The notes beneath the pieces were generated by a model. The model did not search any database. It saw only the letters and a list, made by a program, of their open reading frames with translations, and was not told the origin of the DNA. The position numbers and the translations under genes were made by a program. Below, piece by piece: positions 13,612 through 28,680 of a stretch of DNA of 64,000 nucleotides. Origin of the DNA: the human T2T-CHM13v2.0 reference genome, Homo sapiens. Position 1 is the stretch's first letter; each line of letters begins with the position of its first letter. The DNA lies in the NCBI RefSeq assembly GCF_009914755.1, contig NC_060926.1. One strand, written 5' to 3'.

Positions 13612-13848
13612 GAAGAGGAGGCTGCAAAATGGGCCCGGGAAGAAGAAGAAGCCCAGCGTCGATTAGAGGAGAACCGGCTGCGGATGGAAGAGGAGGCAGC
13701 CAGACTCCGGCATGAGGAAGAAGAACGGAAGAGAAAGGAGCTGGAGGTCCAGCGGCAGAAGGAGTTAATGCGCCAGAGGCAGCAGCAGCAAGAGGCTCTC
13801 CGGAGGTTGCAGCAGCAGCAGCAGCAACAACAGCTGGCGCAGATGAAG
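13612..13848 (+). CDS. GIGYF2: GIGYF2 coding exon (EEEAAKWAREEEE...QQQQQQQQLAQMK)
   Basis: AAG acceptor, AAG|GTAAAG donor, 237 nt, phase 0/0; in ORF 13546..13887. Confidence 0.96.
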
Positions 13849-13954
13849 GTAAAGCCCGAGGCATCAACCTTAGGAGCTCCTTGCTAACATTTTTTAGTTA
13901 GGTAGGTGCTGGCTGTACCAGTAGCAGTAAAACTGTTCTTTCTTTCTTTTTTTA

Positions 13955-14221
13955 ATATTAAAATATTTTAAATTATTTATTTATTTTTGAGACTGGGTCT
14001 CACTCCCATCACCCAGGCTGGAGTGCAGTGGTGCGATCTTGGTTCACTGTAACCTCAACTTCCTTGGGCAGCTCATATGATCCTCCCACCTCAGCCTTCC
14101 CAGTAGCTGAGACTACAGGCATGCCCCACCACACCCAGCTAGTTTTTTATATTTTTAGTAGAGATGGTGTTTCACCATGTTGCCCAGTGCTGGGATTACA
14201 GGTGTGAGCCACTGTGCCCAG
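13955..14221 (-). mobile_element. AluJ with left-arm deletion
   Basis: GTTGCCCAG joined directly to TGCTGGGATTACA. Confidence 0.85.
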
Positions 14222-15039
14222 TACTTTCTTTATCGTTGAATATTAGTACTTTGGTTTTTTGATCATCAATAAGATACATAATGCACATACTTTGTATTAG
14301 GCATTTAAATGAGAGAGGAGTAAACAAGAGGATAGGACATGAGCAGCAATGCAGGCAAAACAAGTAAATCTGTTTGGTTTGTAAATTTAATGTGGCTCAG
14401 TAAACACTGGAGTGCCTATTCCATACCAGTTCAGCGCTGCTGAGACAAACATAAATGAGACAAGGCAGTTGCTCCCAGAGAGCTCACCAACTTAAAAATA
14501 TCGGCATGTAAACGTTCAGATGTGTAAATGGGAACTAGAATATAGGGCTTGAAACAGAGTTGGCCATAGGCATTTATTGAAAGTTACATTAAGAGGTGAT
14601 ATATACAAAGTGTTGTTTTAAAGAGGATTCAAAACTTTTTTTTTTTTTTTAATAAGGAGAAAGTAAATACTGGGAGCCTAGTAAAGAGGCTGTGTTGGTG
14701 CTGGTGTGAATGAATAGGAGAGGCCAGCAGGAGGGAGCTGGCCTGATAGCAGTCAGCAAGAATTAATTAGTCTCTGGAGCTGAGGGAGGAAGGCAGAAGC
14801 TGGGGTGCCTGCCAGATAAGTTTCAGTGACTGAGAAGATAGTGGAACTGTTGATGGAATTGGAGTAATTGGGAAAGGAGGAGCAGACTTATGGCAGGTTC
14901 TGCATAACTTCATGCTGGGTCTGCAGTGCGCAGTAAGGTTTAGTGTCCCCTATCTTCAAGTAGCTCACAGGTTAGACACATAAACAGGCAAGTAGAATAC
15001 AGTATGGTGAGTATAGTGGGAGAGGTGGCATGGAGTCAG

Positions 15040-15182
15040 TCATTCTCAGAGTTCCGTCACTTGGGAACTTGTGAGATGTGCAGATTCGCACCCCAGACCT
15101 ATTGAATCAGAACCTCTAAGGGTGGAACTGAGAAATCTTGTATTTAAACAAACCCATGCTCTCTAAAATGTGAGAACCACTG
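15040..15182. mobile_element. MER5A-like hAT MITE
   Basis: CCCCAGACCTATTGAATCAGAACCTCT...GTGAGAACCACTG. Confidence 0.65.
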
Positions 15183-15587
15183 TCCATCTGGGAAGTTTGG
15201 AGAGGCTTCTTGAAAAAAGGTAACTTCCAAACTGAGTCTGGCTTTCAGCATTTTTACTATGACGTGTCTGTTTGTGGATCTCCTTGTGTTTAATCTACTC
15301 AGAATTCATGGTGCTTCCTGGATGTATAGATTAATGTTTTTCCATAAACTGGAGAAGTTTTTAGCCATTATTTCTTCAATTGTATGTTCTGTTCCTTTCT
15401 CTCTCTCCTTCAGGCACTTGAGTGATGCTTATGTTGATGCACTTCATGCACTTAATGGTATCTCATTTCTCTAAGGCTCTCTTCAGTTTTCATGTTCTTC
15501 TCTTTATTCTTTGTGTAATCTGTATTGATCTATCTTTAAGTTTCTTTCTTTTGCCAGTTCAGATACACTATAGTGTACCTCTAGTGA

Positions 15588-16003
15588 TTTTTTTTTAACT
15601 AAAAGTTTTTTATATATATTTAGGGCATGCAAGTGTAGTTTTCTTAATAGCATATATTGCACAGTGGTGAAGTCCAGGCTTTTCGTGTACTTATCTCCTA
15701 AATAGTGAGCATTGTACCCAGTAGGTGATTGTTCAACCCTTACTCACCTCGTATTCTCCCAGCTTTGGGGGTCTCCAGTGTCCATTATTCCACTTTGTGT
15801 GCCTGTTTGTTTAGCCCCCACTTATAAGTGAGAACATGCAGTATTTGACTTTCTGTTTCTGGGTTACCTTACTTAGGACAATAGCCTCCAGTTCCATCTG
15901 TGTTGCTGTGAAAGACAAGATTTCATTCTTTTTTGTGGCTGAGTAGCATTCCATGCCTTATATAAACACCACATTTTCTTTATCCAATCCTCTGTTGATG
16001 GGC
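15588..16003 (-). mobile_element. L1PB 3' end
   Basis: ATATTGCACAGTGGTGAAGTC...CCCACTTATAAGTGAGAACATGCAGTATTTGACTTTCTG. Confidence 0.8.
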
Positions 16004-16613
16004 AGTTTTTAATTTCAGTTATTATACTTTGGTACTCCAGAATTTCCTTTTGGTTTTTTAAAAAATATCATCTATCTCTTTATCAATATTCTTTATTTGG
16101 TGTGACACTGTCATCATACCTTCCTTTACTACTTTAGTTATAGCTTCCTTAGGTTCCCTGAACAACTTTTATAACATATGCGAAGTCTTTGTGAAATCTG
16201 ACATCTTGTTCACTCTCACAGGCAGTTTTTGTTGCCTGCTTTTTTCCCCAGTGTATGGGTTATACTTTCCTGTTTCTTGCATGTATCGTAATTTTTTATT
16301 GGCAGCTGGACTTTTTGATAATGTCTTCTAGCAACTCTGGGTATCTCCACCCGCCCTTCCCAGCTTGATTTTCTTACTTGTTTGTTTATTTGTTTTGTGA
16401 CTGGATGGATTATTTTAGTGGAGTCCAGTTCTCCCCTCCTCCCCCCGACCATGTTGAAGCCCTTGCTCTTGCCCATGTTGGGGATATAGCACTGGGTGTG
16501 CCCAGAGTGACTCCGAGGTGACCGTGGGTTTGGCAGGGCTCTCTTTGATTGTCTTTTCCACACCCAGCTGTTTCACTCCACTTATTGCTAGCTGATTGCT
16601 CTGTTGTTCTTAA

Positions 16614-17303
<690 letters not shown>

Positions 17304-18173
17304 TCCCTTGGGGCATACACTGACAGACTGATCCACTTAAATTCAGGTTTCTTTGAAGAAATAGCTCCTGAGGTCTATATATGAAATTTGTTTTGACTCC
17401 GGGAGGATTTCTTCTAGTTTTCTTTAACTAGTTTTCTCAGATAAGGTAGCAGCCTCCTACAGTTTAGCCTGTATCTCCTATGAATCTACCAGTCTCCTCC
17501 TAATTGCCTTTTATCCCAACTTCTACTGTTTCTGAAAACACCATTAGGCTTGAACTCATCCACTGTCTGTTGCAAATAAAGTCAGTTCCTTTGGGAAGAA
17601 ACCTGGAGCTTTCTGTTTTCTACCTGTTTCCTACACCACTACCCTCAGACAAAAATCTCTCAGTCAGCTCTGGAAGTGGGCACAGTGGTCTGCTTTCCTC
17701 TAACATTTGCTGAAGGGTGGGCAGAATAGTAGCCTCAGGTATTCTTGGCTTGCCTCTCCTGATGGCTTGGCCCGGCCAGCTGCATTGGTGATCACGACCC
17801 TAGTGTTGGTGTTGCTGTGGTCAAGTTTCCATCCTATGAGTGGGGCTGGGCACAAGAAGAGAGCCTCCACATCTGTTGCACTTGTTTGGAACTTAGCATT
17901 TGTCACAGGTGACTGCCATCAGGGTGAGACACACCGATGTGCTTTTCCCAGGAAGAAAGCCTGCTGACTGATGGCTGAGGGGAGAAGGGAAGCCGTGTCT
18001 TGACTGTACCAGTCTAGAGTGGAGTTTCTGTCTCATTAAGCTGGGAGGAGAGAAGGAGAGTAGGTCTTGGTTTAAGTATCACCAACTCTTGCTGTTCTTA
18101 CTGAGTTTTAGCAAATATTCTTGAATAAACTTTTTTTCATTTGCTGTATGCCCTTAGGAGTATTTCCAGAGAC

Positions 18174-18473
18174 TTTATTTATTTTTTTGAGACAGGGTCT
18201 GGCTCTGTCGCCCAGGCTGGAGTGCAGTGACACGATCTCAGCTCACTGCAACCTCCGCCTCCTGAGTTCAAGCGATCCTCCTGGCCTCAGCCTCCTAAGT
18301 AGCTGGATTAAAGGTGTGCGTCACCACACCCAGCTACTTTTTTTTTTTATTTTTAGTAGAAATGGGATTTTGCCATGTTGGCCAGGCTGATGTCAAACTC
18401 CTGACCTCAAGTGATCCGCCTGCCTCGGCCTCCCAAAGTGCTGGGATTACAGGTGTGGGGCCCTGCTGCCAGC
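18174..18473 (-). mobile_element. AluS
   Basis: Antisense dimer. Confidence 0.88.
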
Positions 18474-18914
18474 CAGAGAGTTTAAATGATTATTTTAAAA
18501 ATGATCTTCACCAGTTTTGCCAGGGAGCAGGTCCACGCAGCTCCTCATGCTGTCATTCCGACAGTGAAACAGTTATTTCTTAAAGCAAAACCAGTGTTGA
18601 AATGTAAGGTAGCAATGTCAGCGCAGAACAAGAAGAGTATAGTTTTAAAAATCAATGAAGGACATTAGGCATTCGGGGGTCCCTATTTGCTTTTGATTTG
18701 TCAAAAGTTTGTTCTGAGAAGCATGATTGACACACTGCAGTTCTCCTGAGTGGGCATTATAGGGTGGGCTGGTAAGTGTCATGAGGCAATGTTGAAAGAG
18801 CTCTGGGATATTATTTCCGATGTACAAAGAAGACTTAAGGAAAATGAAAGCTATCAGCAGACATAAGTCTATATAAGGAAGACTTAACTTTGGTCTGTAG
18901 AACAGACCTATGAA

Positions 18915-19048
18915 ATATAGAGTATATATTTTGTGTGTATATATACCTAGAGAAAGAGCGTGTGTATGTATATGTATATGTGTGTATGTGTGTGTGCATG
19001 TGTATATATATATATACACGCATATGTATGTGTGTGTATATAGAGAGA
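18915..19048. repeat. Compound (TA)/(TG) microsatellite
   Basis: Alternating TATA/TGTG/TGTA runs. Confidence 0.85.
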
Positions 19049-20564
19049 AATAGGGAGTCAGGCCAGGGAGGAGAGAGAAAATAAATATATTTTGGCACAG
19101 CAATAGGAAGATTCTCAGAGGTGCCCGTGAGGATAGATGGCCATTTCTGGAGGCACTGCCTCTATTCCCAGTGCTGGCTGAGTTCTGCTGAAGCGGGCTT
19201 GAAAGATTGTTTCCTGATTACCATGGGGTGACACATCTACTGTGATTTTAGACAACATCAGTGGTTACTGGCTGCATCAGAATGATTAAAATATGCTGAT
19301 TCTCCTGCCTTCCCTTCTGATCTTCTGATTGATTAGGTGTGGTGGAGCCAGGGCCTCTACATTTTTATAGGTCCCTTCAGGTTATGCTGCCAGTTTGAGA
19401 TCTACTGCCTTACTTGATCTTGATAGTGCCTTCAAATGAGTCATTTCCTGTGGAGACAAAGTTAATTTTTGCTCAGTTTTGCCTCTCAACACCTCCCTCC
19501 CCCAGTCTTTGTTAACTTCCCTCTGCACCCCTCCCCCACCCCAGGGCAGGTGCATTTTGAGAGAAATGCCCTATTGTCTGTCATATTGGCTAAAAAATGT
19601 TAAGAGTTGATTATGTTCAGTAGTGTTGAAGACATTCATTTGAAGAGTTGTTTGGCAGTATCAGTGATGGTTTAAACTGTTTATACCTTTTATCCTATCA
19701 ATATCCACTGTTATAGATTTCTGCTGTAGGTCCATTCTTTTGGGGACTGTTTGGCATTTTATTTGTTTTGATCTATGTTCATGTATTATTTTTATTAAAT
19801 ACATTTTTTAAGTCTGGTTAGGTTTCTTTTTTATTGTGTTCGCTTGTTTGATGCCTCAGTATTAAAAGTGTGTCTTTTTCTGGCCAGGAAGAGCAAGGGG
19901 TTCTCTGAGAATAATCAGGCTTTGAGAATATTGAAATATTCAGGACCTAGATATTTATACTCTATTTTAGTCAATAATCTTAAGGGATGGGAAAAATAAA
20001 ATTATTGATTAAAAGCAGCTTAATGCTCATGACTAGAAGCTACAGCCTGGTTAACAGTGGCTCCCTTTCATAAAGGCTGATCAAGAACTATGCCAGCATC
20101 TCTCATGAGATGAGAAATCTCATGGTGCTACCCTCAGAAATCGTGTCCTTAACACTTTCACTGGACAGCAGCATATCATGTCCTTTGTTGCTTTCGTCAA
20201 TTAAAAAATCCTTAAGCCAATTTAGTGATTCTTTTGTTTACTCCTCTTTATGGTTGTGTATTGCTGTTTATGTCAGTACCAGATGTAACAAATTTGTTGT
20301 CACCAAGAGGTAGATGAAATGTAAGTGTGTATGTGTATTATAAGTTGTTTTAAAATAAACTTAGGTTTGGAGCAGTGACAAAAACTTAAGCAAAAGAAGC
20401 TGAGAGGATAGTAAGTAAAAGCAATGAAGAAGGAAATTTGAATTGAATGTGGTAAATGGAGTTGAGAGAAATGCATTTGTTCTGGGTATACATAATGCAT
20501 TATTGCTTCTTTGTTTCCTGTCCACATTTCCTCATGAACTTTCTGGCCTTCCCTTTTTTGTTAG

Positions 20565-20687
20565 CTTCCTTCTTCTTCAACGTGGGGCCAGCAGTCCAAT
20601 ACAACAGCATGTCAGTCCCAGGCCACGCTGTCGTTGGCTGAAATCCAAAAACTAGAGGAAGAACGAGAACGGCAGCTTCGAGAAGAG
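20565..20687 (+). CDS. GIGYF2: GIGYF2 coding exon (LPSSSTWGQQ...LSLAEIQKLEEERERQLREE)
   Basis: TTTTTTGTTAG acceptor, GAG|GTAAAA donor, 123 nt, phase 0/0. Confidence 0.96.
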
Positions 20688-21239
20688 GTAAAATTTTAAA
20701 GTAAAAGGGATCTAGTCAAGCGATGTTCCAGAATATCTAGCATGCATTATGGGTTAGTGGTTACTGAGGACAATTACTGTCAGAATTGTTGTGTGTCTGA
20801 ATTGGACGTTCATTATTAAACTTCAGCCCATAATTTGGTTACCCTAGCAAATGTGAAGGATCTCATAGGTATAACATGAAGATTGAGTAACATAACTGTT
20901 CAGTTTTCTTAAACATTTTACTGTAGTTCTTGAGAAGACCTCATAAATAAAACTACACGGGTTGTTCAAAATTGTGGGTGAGTTGTGTGCAGATAATCTT
21001 TTATAAGTCTGATGTCTAGAAAGCAGAATATGTTTTTCTCTAAAGACACTGGGTTCCCTGACTAGTCTAGAAAAATATGACAGAAATAAAGTACCTCTGC
21101 TTTTAAGTGTATATCCTGTAGTTCATCATTAGGGTAGGAAGGATACAAAAGAGTATAAAAGGGAAGGGGAATAACACAGCTTTTGACAGAGAGGAGAAAA
21201 TGAATAATTTTCATAGTTTGGTTCAGTATGCCATTCGGT

Positions 21240-21560
21240 GCTCATTCATTCATTCATTCATTCAACACATGTTTACTGAGTACCTACTCACTTAAGGTCT
21301 GGGGATATAGCTGAGTCTAAAACAGGCAAGATTTTCTGCATTCATGAAGCTGACCCTCTGATTGAGAAGAGAAAAGTAGAAAATGAAGCGTATGAGAGGT
21401 TGATAAGTGTCAGAGAGGTAACAAGGGAAGGTGGGTAGGGAGAGTGTTGGGAGTCAGGGATAATGATGGTGTGGTGGATTGTCCAAATTTAGGTAGTGTG
21501 TTCTGAGAAGGCCTCTGAAAAGGTGACATAATATAGCAGAGTCTTGAAGATGCTTTATGT
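21240..21560 (-). mobile_element. L2 3' end
   Basis: (CATT)n CAACACATGTTTACTGAGTACCTACT. Confidence 0.7.
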
Positions 21561-21996
21561 GGATATGATTTGAGGTAGAGCAGTCAATTTGTTAGAGAAT
21601 GTAAGTTGTCATTTTTGGATCTGGGTCATGTGGTTCACTGAAATTAGGAGGGCTTTGGATACACAAGGAGAAATAGAAATTGTCTATATGTGTTTACCAT
21701 GTAGTGTGCTTGAAGTCATCCAGTAAGATAAGATGTTTCTTCACACTTGAAGATGACCTTATTTCCCACCTTTATTTAAGAAAAAAAAAAAAAAGAATTG
21801 AACTTTCTCTGGAATCATCTTTCTCTAAAAGGTTATCAACAAATGGATGCAGAACAGAGTATGTCTCTCCCTTCAAAGCTAGAAATTATTCCACTAATTT
21901 TGGTCCCTACTGAATGAGAAGATAATAATAGTGGTAATGACAAGGAATCACAGGTCTTCTCCTGTCTACCAGAAGTTAATAATTATTTCATTCGTG

Positions 21997-22384
<388 letters not shown>

Positions 22385-22619
22385 TAATACACATTTCACA
22401 TATTTCTTACGTAGAAAAACCCAAGATGATTTTATTTCATTATCATCCCTGGAGGCATCCTTTCTGGGGGCCTCTAACCTGTTCCAATCAGGACACTCTC
22501 AGCTTGCTTTATAGCTGCTGTTTTGTTTTTCTTGAGTTCCTGTTATTTACATGTTTCTCCCAGGACTGATTTTGATTTTCTCATGTTTTTTCTCCTGTTT
22601 TCCATCTCTGTGCTTTTAT

Positions 22620-23056
<437 letters not shown>

Positions 23057-23832
23057 CTGTTGAGCTTTTAATATATGCTATATCAAACATCTGTGAGTCC
23101 TTATTTTGTTCTTTAAGTATTTTTTATAGCCTTTTATTGTTTCATTAAATGCACCATCTTACCTCTCTAAGGATATTACTTACTGATAGCTTCTTAAAAA
23201 GCCAACTCCTATTTTCCCGTTCTCTTATTTCTATTTCTGCTGAATTATTTTTGTTTTGGTCTTTGGCTTTTATGTTAGAAGTTTATGTCAAATGTTTGGT
23301 AATTCTGGGCTGTTTGTTCCTATTTACAAATAAGGCACTCAGAAGCTGATTGGAGGTTCTGGTATGTACAGCACCTTGATGGGCTTTCCTATAATAGATT
23401 CTGGCTGGGTTGTTCTGTTGGGGACCTCCACCCCCACCCCCACTCCAATTTGTTGGTACCTACTTATAGGTGTGTTCTCTTGTCAAGCTGGTTGGCTTCC
23501 CCACAGGATAATGTGCCAGTCTGATTTGGCTTCTTCAGACAGGGAATGTTCGGTTTTCTGCTGTGGTGAGGGAGAGTGAATTGCCTAACTGCACAGAGTG
23601 TGGGAGGCAATCTGGAGTCTTACTGCTTCTTTTTACAGCCTTTCAACCAGTCTTCCTCTGTTTGAGAGACTCAGCACCTCCAGTTCCTGAGCCTTCTTTG
23701 TGAATCTGCCTGTTTCTGAGCTCCTTTACTTAGATTTCAATTTATTAGGTCTGTTACATTGGTTCTCATTATTTATCTGCTTTTCAGATTTTAAAAAATC
23801 TATTCTGTTTTCTTTGTCCTCATGTGTTTATG

Positions 23833-23833
<1 letters not shown>

Positions 23834-23882
<49 letters not shown>
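23834..23882. repeat. (TG)n(TA)n microsatellite
   Basis: Direct reading. Confidence 0.95.
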
Positions 23883-23883
<1 letters not shown>

Positions 23884-23975
23884 ATCTGTCATTTTGGTGG
23901 GGGCTTTAGGAAGTAAACATGTGTTTTATTTCTGTGCTTAACCAAAAGCCTACTTAATTTTTAAGAAGTAATTCT

Positions 23976-24541
<566 letters not shown>

Positions 24542-24744
24542 GAAGTAATTTTGCATTTCATGTTTTTATTCTCCTTTTTAATACTGTTAGCGATTTACAT
24601 TTTTATTTGCAACAGCAGAATTTAATCCCATCAAGTTAATTTTATGTAGCTACTGTGTATTTACATTCCATTTAGTATACTGGATATTTATAACTATTAT
24701 CTAAAAACAGGAATCCTCAGCTAGCTTCTGTTTTTATGCAACAG

Positions 24745-24954
24745 CAAAGGCGCCAGCAGAGGGAGTTGATGAAAGCTCTTCAGCAGCAGCAGCAGCAGCA
24801 ACAGCAGAAACTCTCAGGTTGGGGGAATGTCAGCAAACCTTCAGGTACCACGAAATCTCTTCTGGAGATCCAGCAGGAAGAGGCCAGGCAAATGCAAAAG
24901 CAGCAGCAGCAGCAGCAGCAACACCAGCAACCAAACAGAGCTCGTAACAATACG
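24745..24954 (+). CDS. GIGYF2: GIGYF2 coding exon (QRRQQRELMKAL-polyQ-KLSGWG...RARNNT)
   Basis: CAG acceptor, ACG|GTGTGT donor, 210 nt, phase 0/0; two CAG-rich polyQ tracts. Confidence 0.95.
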
Positions 24955-25067
24955 GTGTGTGCATTTTCCTAAGCTGTCGTTGTATGGACTAGTATTATCT
25001 TTTCTGACTGTCTTCTTATCTTTTTAACATGATTCACGATAATCATTTTTCTCTTTTTCTTTAACAG

Positions 25068-25273
25068 CATTCCAACCTGCACACCAGCATTGGGAATTCT
25101 GTTTGGGGCTCTATAAATACTGGTCCTCCTAACCAGTGGGCATCTGACCTAGTCAGTAGTATTTGGAGTAATGCTGACACTAAAAACTCCAACATGGGAT
25201 TCTGGGATGATGCAGTGAAAGAGGTGGGACCTAGGAATTCAACAAATAAAAATAAAAACAACGCCAGTCTCAG
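25068..25273 (+). CDS. GIGYF2: GIGYF2 coding exon (HSNLHTSIGNSVWGS...MGFWDDAVKE...NASL)
   Basis: Follows a 113-nt intron; CAG acceptor, CAG|GTAGGG donor, 206 nt, phase 0/2. Confidence 0.96.
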
Positions 25274-25729
25274 GTAGGGCTCAAAATGACCACACCTATG
25301 CACCTTGGTTGGTTGGGAGGTGGGGATGGAGGAAGTGGGATGTTGGGTGGGCAGGAAAAGGTAGTTATTGAGTTTTTGCTTACCGTTTTCATCTGTGTTC
25401 AAGCACATGCAGTCATAATTATGGTGATTGCTTTCTTCCCCATAGAAACACATGCGTATTATTTCTTGGGGCTCCTGCTGAGCACTTATTCTATCGCCTA
25501 GCACATGGTAACCACTTAATAAATATTAGGAATAGTATAATGTTTTTGTTGTGTTGTTGAACATTTCTCCAAGGTATTCTCTAGATACCTTAGCATTTTT
25601 CCTATATTTGTATTTTTAAGTAATTTATGCTATTAATATGAGTATTATAAAATACCTCTGTAATGACCTTAAACCTATTTATTTTTATAAGTTAGTTACA
25701 TTTTCATCTTCATCTTTCTTTCTTCAATA

Positions 25730-26180
25730 TACAGTGTTGTTGAACGAGCATGGGTTTTAGTGTTAAATACATGAACTCAAATCCCAGCACTACCACTTAT
25801 TAGCTGTGTGACCTTGGGCAAGAGGGAACCTCTTTGGGCCTCAGTTCCCTCATCGGTAAAATGAAGATAATAATAACAACTTTATGCATGTAATTGTAAA
25901 GATTAAATGAATACATGATAAGTAGTAAGTGCCTGGCACATAGTAACTACTTAATAAATGGTAGTGTTGTCAGATTGTTTCTTCTTGATTTAGGGCCTAA
26001 CATATTATGAATAGAACAATAAATTTCTGTTAGTTTATTGAGCATCTTTGCCAGGCACTGTGCTGTAGGCCTTTTCATAGAACATCTTTATTACTTATGA
26101 TAACCCAAAAAAGTTGTTAGTACCGTTTTACAGATGAGGAGACTGAGGCTTAGTAAAATTAAACAACTTACCTAAGGACA
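25730..26180. mobile_element. MIR fragments in both orientations
   Basis: AGCTGTGTGACCTTGGGCAAG...CCTCAGTTCCCTCATC; TTTTACAGATGAGGAGACTGAGGCT. Confidence 0.75.
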
Positions 26181-26430
26181 CGTAGGAAGAATTTCATCAT
26201 TTTTTCTAAGTAGAACCCCTGTATCCACAAATTAGGATATATTAACTGAGGCTAGATTTTAAGGGTATATCCAATCCAAATATTTGAATTTTTTTCTTTT
26301 TTGGAGCCAAGCATTGGATTATTTACTGGGCATCCATCCAGTATTGCCAAGACATTATTTATGGTGTTGTACTATAATCATATAGTAACAGTTTCTGGGA
26401 ATATAATATCACCCTATTGTTTTGCTTTAG

Positions 26431-26585
26431 TAAATCTGTAGGTGTGTCTAACCGGCAGAATAAGAAAGTAGAAGAAGAAGAAAAGTTGCTGAAGCTCTTT
26501 CAGGGAGTAAATAAAGCCCAAGATGGATTTACGCAGTGGTGTGAACAGATGCTTCATGCCCTTAATACGGCAAATAACTTGGATG
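26431..26585 (+). CDS. GIGYF2: GIGYF2 coding exon (KSVGVSNRQNKKVEEEEKLLKLF...ANNLD)
   Basis: TTTAG acceptor, ATG|GTAAGA donor, 155 nt, phase 2/1. Confidence 0.96.
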
Positions 26586-26624
26586 GTAAGAATTGGGGAG
26601 GGAAACCCGGCATGTGGAATGACA

Positions 26625-27247
26625 GAGCAGGACCCACAGAGAGGCTGGCAAATTTGAACAGTGGGCCAAAAGTCAAAAGATGAAATCTAAGGAGGTCAAC
26701 TCCTGCACCTGCCATAGGAACTTGACTCTTTAATAGTATTACTTGTGAGAAAAGTCCAGTAATACTAAACTCAAATAGATTATTGGTGGTTGTCAAAAAG
26801 TAAATGCCATCTTAGACTGCCTTAATGATACACAGGACAGAGGAGGTCTTAGTTCCATACTGTTCATTTTATGGGGAACATTGCCAGCTATGTCAAGTTA
26901 AAAAAAGTAACTCTCATGCTGGGGACAAAGGTCAACCTGGACAAGTGATGGCTGAAGTGATGTGACATCATTCCCTTTCTACCTTTGGGGGAGGGAATGG
27001 GAATTGTGATAAAGCAAGTACACTTATTTTGTGTGAGATAAAACTAGGACCAATGTGCAGAAGTGAAAAGGCTTTGGCACAGTTTAGAGAAAAACTTGCT
27101 CATGGTTAGCTGTTTACAAACAGAACTGTCTCCCATCCCTGAATATTTGAAGAGAGACTGGTCAACATGTCAGGATTCCCCTAACTAATAGGCTGAATTG
27201 AATTAATCCACCTCTGATACCCTGTCTAAAGCCAAGAAACTGTGAAA
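26625..27247 (+). mobile_element. L3/CR1 LINE 3' region
   Basis: AAAAAGTAAATGCCATCTTAGACTGC, AACTAGGACCAATG, CTCCCATCCCTGAATATTTGAAGAGAGACTGG in CR1 order. Confidence 0.65.
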
Positions 27248-27334
27248 AATAGCAGTAAAGGAATTAAAGAGTTCCTTTGCAGCAGTGTAACAATATCTAA
27301 TGGTTTAAAAGCCTACAGAGAAAACAATTTTAAA

Positions 27335-27610
27335 TAACAGTAATGGCTGCCATGCATTAAGCACCTACCATGTGCTAGGCACTCTCTTGGAGTTAACATG
27401 CAGCATCCCAGTTATTTGATTAGCAGTGATTTTTAAAGATACCTTTACAAGATAGGTGATATTATCCCCATTTTATAAATTAGGAAACAGAGGCTCAGAA
27501 TGGTTAAATAACTCATCAAGGTCACACAGCCAGCAAATTTCAGAGTCAGGTTTTAAACCCATGTTTGTCTAACTCTGATACTCATGCTTTTCTCCTATAC
27601 CACACACTGC
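27335..27610 (-). mobile_element. MIR
   Basis: CCCCATTTTATAAATTAGGAAACAGAGGCTCAGAATGGTTAAATAACT...AAGGTCACACAGC. Confidence 0.8.
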
Positions 27611-28044
27611 TTACATTTTCCATTTGATTTCTCTCTAAAAAATCTCAGTGGATTGAAAGTTCCAGGAAGATATAGCTGTTTTCTTTAGTGTATGTTGTAG
27701 TGCCTGACACATATCATAGGAGTTAATAAATACTGATTGAATTTGAGGGTTCTTAAGGAAAGAATGAATCCCCAAATTACTTCAGCCTTAGTCAAGTAAC
27801 TGTTTCAGTCAGTATAACATTCAGTGAAATTAAACATGTGGTATGGATGTTGTGATTATAGTGTTTTTTTCATTTCTATAGGGTAGATAAAAGAATATTT
27901 AAACACAATTGCTGCATACTTACCAAGTGTCTGTCATTAATGTTTGATTAGGTATAAAGATACATTAAAAATGGAAACTGATTTTTGTAAGTTCTCTTTC
28001 ATTATTTCATTGTTACCCTTATCTTCTCCCCTCCCATTTTGCAG

Positions 28045-28265
28045 TTCCCACATTTGTTTCTTTCCTGAAAGAAGTAGAATCTCCTTATGAGGTCCATGAT
28101 TATATCAGGGCCTATTTAGGAGATACTTCTGAGGCCAAGGAGTTTGCCAAGCAGTTCCTTGAGCGCCGTGCCAAACAGAAAGCCAACCAGCAGCGTCAGC
28201 AGCAGCAGCTGCCGCAGCAGCAGCAGCAGCCGCCACAGCAGCCGCCACAGCAGCCACAACAGCAG
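28045..28265 (+). CDS. GIGYF2: GIGYF2 coding exon ([25 protein letters not shown]...[23 protein letters not shown])
   Basis: GCAG acceptor, CAG|GTATAA donor, 221 nt, phase 1/0; Q/P repeat at 3' end. Confidence 0.96.
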
Positions 28266-28680
28266 GTATAAAGTAGTGTAGTGTATGCGGTACCTCTGAG
28301 GATTAATACCTTTAGATGTTGAGTAACCCAAGAAATGAAAATTAATACAAAGGTACCATTTTTGTATATCCAATAACCATGCTTTAAAAAATGTGTATAC
28401 TTCATATTTTCAAATTACTTGTCCAGATACCTTTGTGTATCTCCCAAATAGCAAGTACAACCATTCATTTTACACTAGGTTTACCAGTTCCATTTTTCTT
28501 GGTTTGTATTTGTGTCATAGTTAGATTGCACATTTCAACATGTCAAACCCATAGATCTGGTTTTGAAAAGTTAAAACTTAAAATGTTGAATTTTCCAGTG
28601 TTCAGGATGCACTGTATTGAGTACTGACAACACTGCAGCATGCCAGATATTTCATGTTGTTGTTGGGGATGTAAAAAATA

